Of a stretch of 64,000 nt of DNA, positions 62,960 to 64,000 are shown piece after piece. The DNA lies in contig NC_068999.1 in assembly GCF_001194135.2 (NCBI RefSeq), forward strand, positions 51,842,758-51,906,757, in the 5' to 3' direction. The notes beneath the pieces were generated by a model. That model worked only from the letters and a program-made list of their open reading frames with translations, was not told the origin of the DNA and made no database searches. Numbering within the stretch: the first letter of the stretch is position 1; every line of letters starts with the position of its first letter. Origin of the DNA: Octopus bimaculoides. Taxonomy: Eukaryota. The position numbers and the translations under genes were made by a program.

Positions 62960-63205
62960 GTTTAGCTTAGTTTCTATGGTGTATAGGTGACTGAGATTAC
63001 AACACTCACTCGTAAACTGATTGCTAACCCATTACAGTTTTAATTTCCCATCTATTGCTGGAATTTATTTACTGCTGATTGGGCTTTGAGCAACATGAAA
63101 TGAAATGTTTTGTTCAAGAACACAAAGCGTTGCTCAGTCTGAGAATTGAAACTATGGTCTTACAGTCATGAGTGCAACAACCTAACCACTAGGCCATGTG
63201 CTTTC
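62960..63205 (-). mobile_element. tRNA-derived SINE (family D-related)
   Basis: - strand head AAAGCACATGGCCTAGTGGTTAGG...AGTTTCAATTCTCAGAC. Confidence 0.7.
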
Positions 63206-63914
63206 ACAATTCGTCTCAGGCACTTAACTCATTATGGCAGATTTCAGAACTTCTGGTAGACTTTAGATTAGAGATAGTTTTGGAAATATCTTCTGGTGTA
63301 TTCCTTCAAGATTTTTAGTGGTGCGGCAACAATTTAATGAATTTTGTGTTAATGGTTTTAATTTTTGTTTATATGATAATAAAATACCTCTTTTAATGAA
63401 GTCTATTTATCAACAATTTAGTTTCTACAAAATATATGACATCAACCTTTTAAAAATGTTTTATATGTAAATGGTTTTAAATTTTAGATCTCTTTTGGTT
63501 AAAAAGAAAAAGAAAAGATGATTCATTTCATTAGTCTGCTTCTGAACAATGTAAACCACTTTCTGATAAATGAATGTGTGTATGAGAAAGAAAGAAATAT
63601 AAGGGTAAAAGGAAAGAAAAAACAAAAAGAGAAAGTTTTTTTTTTGAAATTTGCCATTAAAATGTTCCAATAAAATATTAGAGATTAATTTCAGATTTTT
63701 GGTCTATTAATTAACCTTGTCTTTTGTGTTACTATTTTCTACATCATTAATATGTAAATTTTTATGAGTGTCTTGAAATTATCAATGAAGTTGTTTGTAC
63801 TCTGTGTGTGCGCGTGTGCATCTGTGCGTATGTGTGTATGCATGTCTGCGCACAGTAAGCAGGCAGATAAAAGAAGAAAATTTTTCCTTGCTCATGAGTT
63901 CTGTTATACATTGG

Positions 63915-64000
63915 TGCAGACATGGCTGTGTGGTTAAAAAATTTACTTCAGAACCACAAGGTTAGGGTTTCGGTTTCACTGCATGTACACTGTCAGCTGA
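63915..64000 (+). mobile_element. SINE family A head, truncated by the window end
   Basis: GCAGACATGGCTGTGTGGTTAAAAA...CACTGCATG. Confidence 0.6.

Overview
AT-rich, microsatellite- and SINE-dense eukaryotic DNA with N-gaps. The SINE families and overall texture suggest a coleoid cephalopod, probably Octopus (inference). The only well-supported host coding sequence is the 70-nt first coding exon of a Rab6 GTPase gene (+, 9505-9574, [23 protein letters not shown]), preceded by a CpG-rich promoter. By manual reading, no later Rab6 exon lies in the remaining ~54 kb, so that region is most likely intron 1. The intron holds several tRNA-derived SINE families, decayed RTE-clade LINEs, a hAT transposase C-terminal remnant, hAT and piggyBac-like MITEs, a Helentron-associated (HINE/DINE-like) element and many simple repeats. 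The best leads are a + strand-specific G-U hairpin with a (CA)n loop, a ~275-bp foldback, a CpG-retaining domain extending ~7 kb into the intron, a candidate antisense 129-nt exon, a candidate 22-nt microexon, and modular SINEs that switch tails at an internal microsatellite. None is shown to be a new biological system. All coordinates and counts were read by eye; repeat boundaries are approximate.
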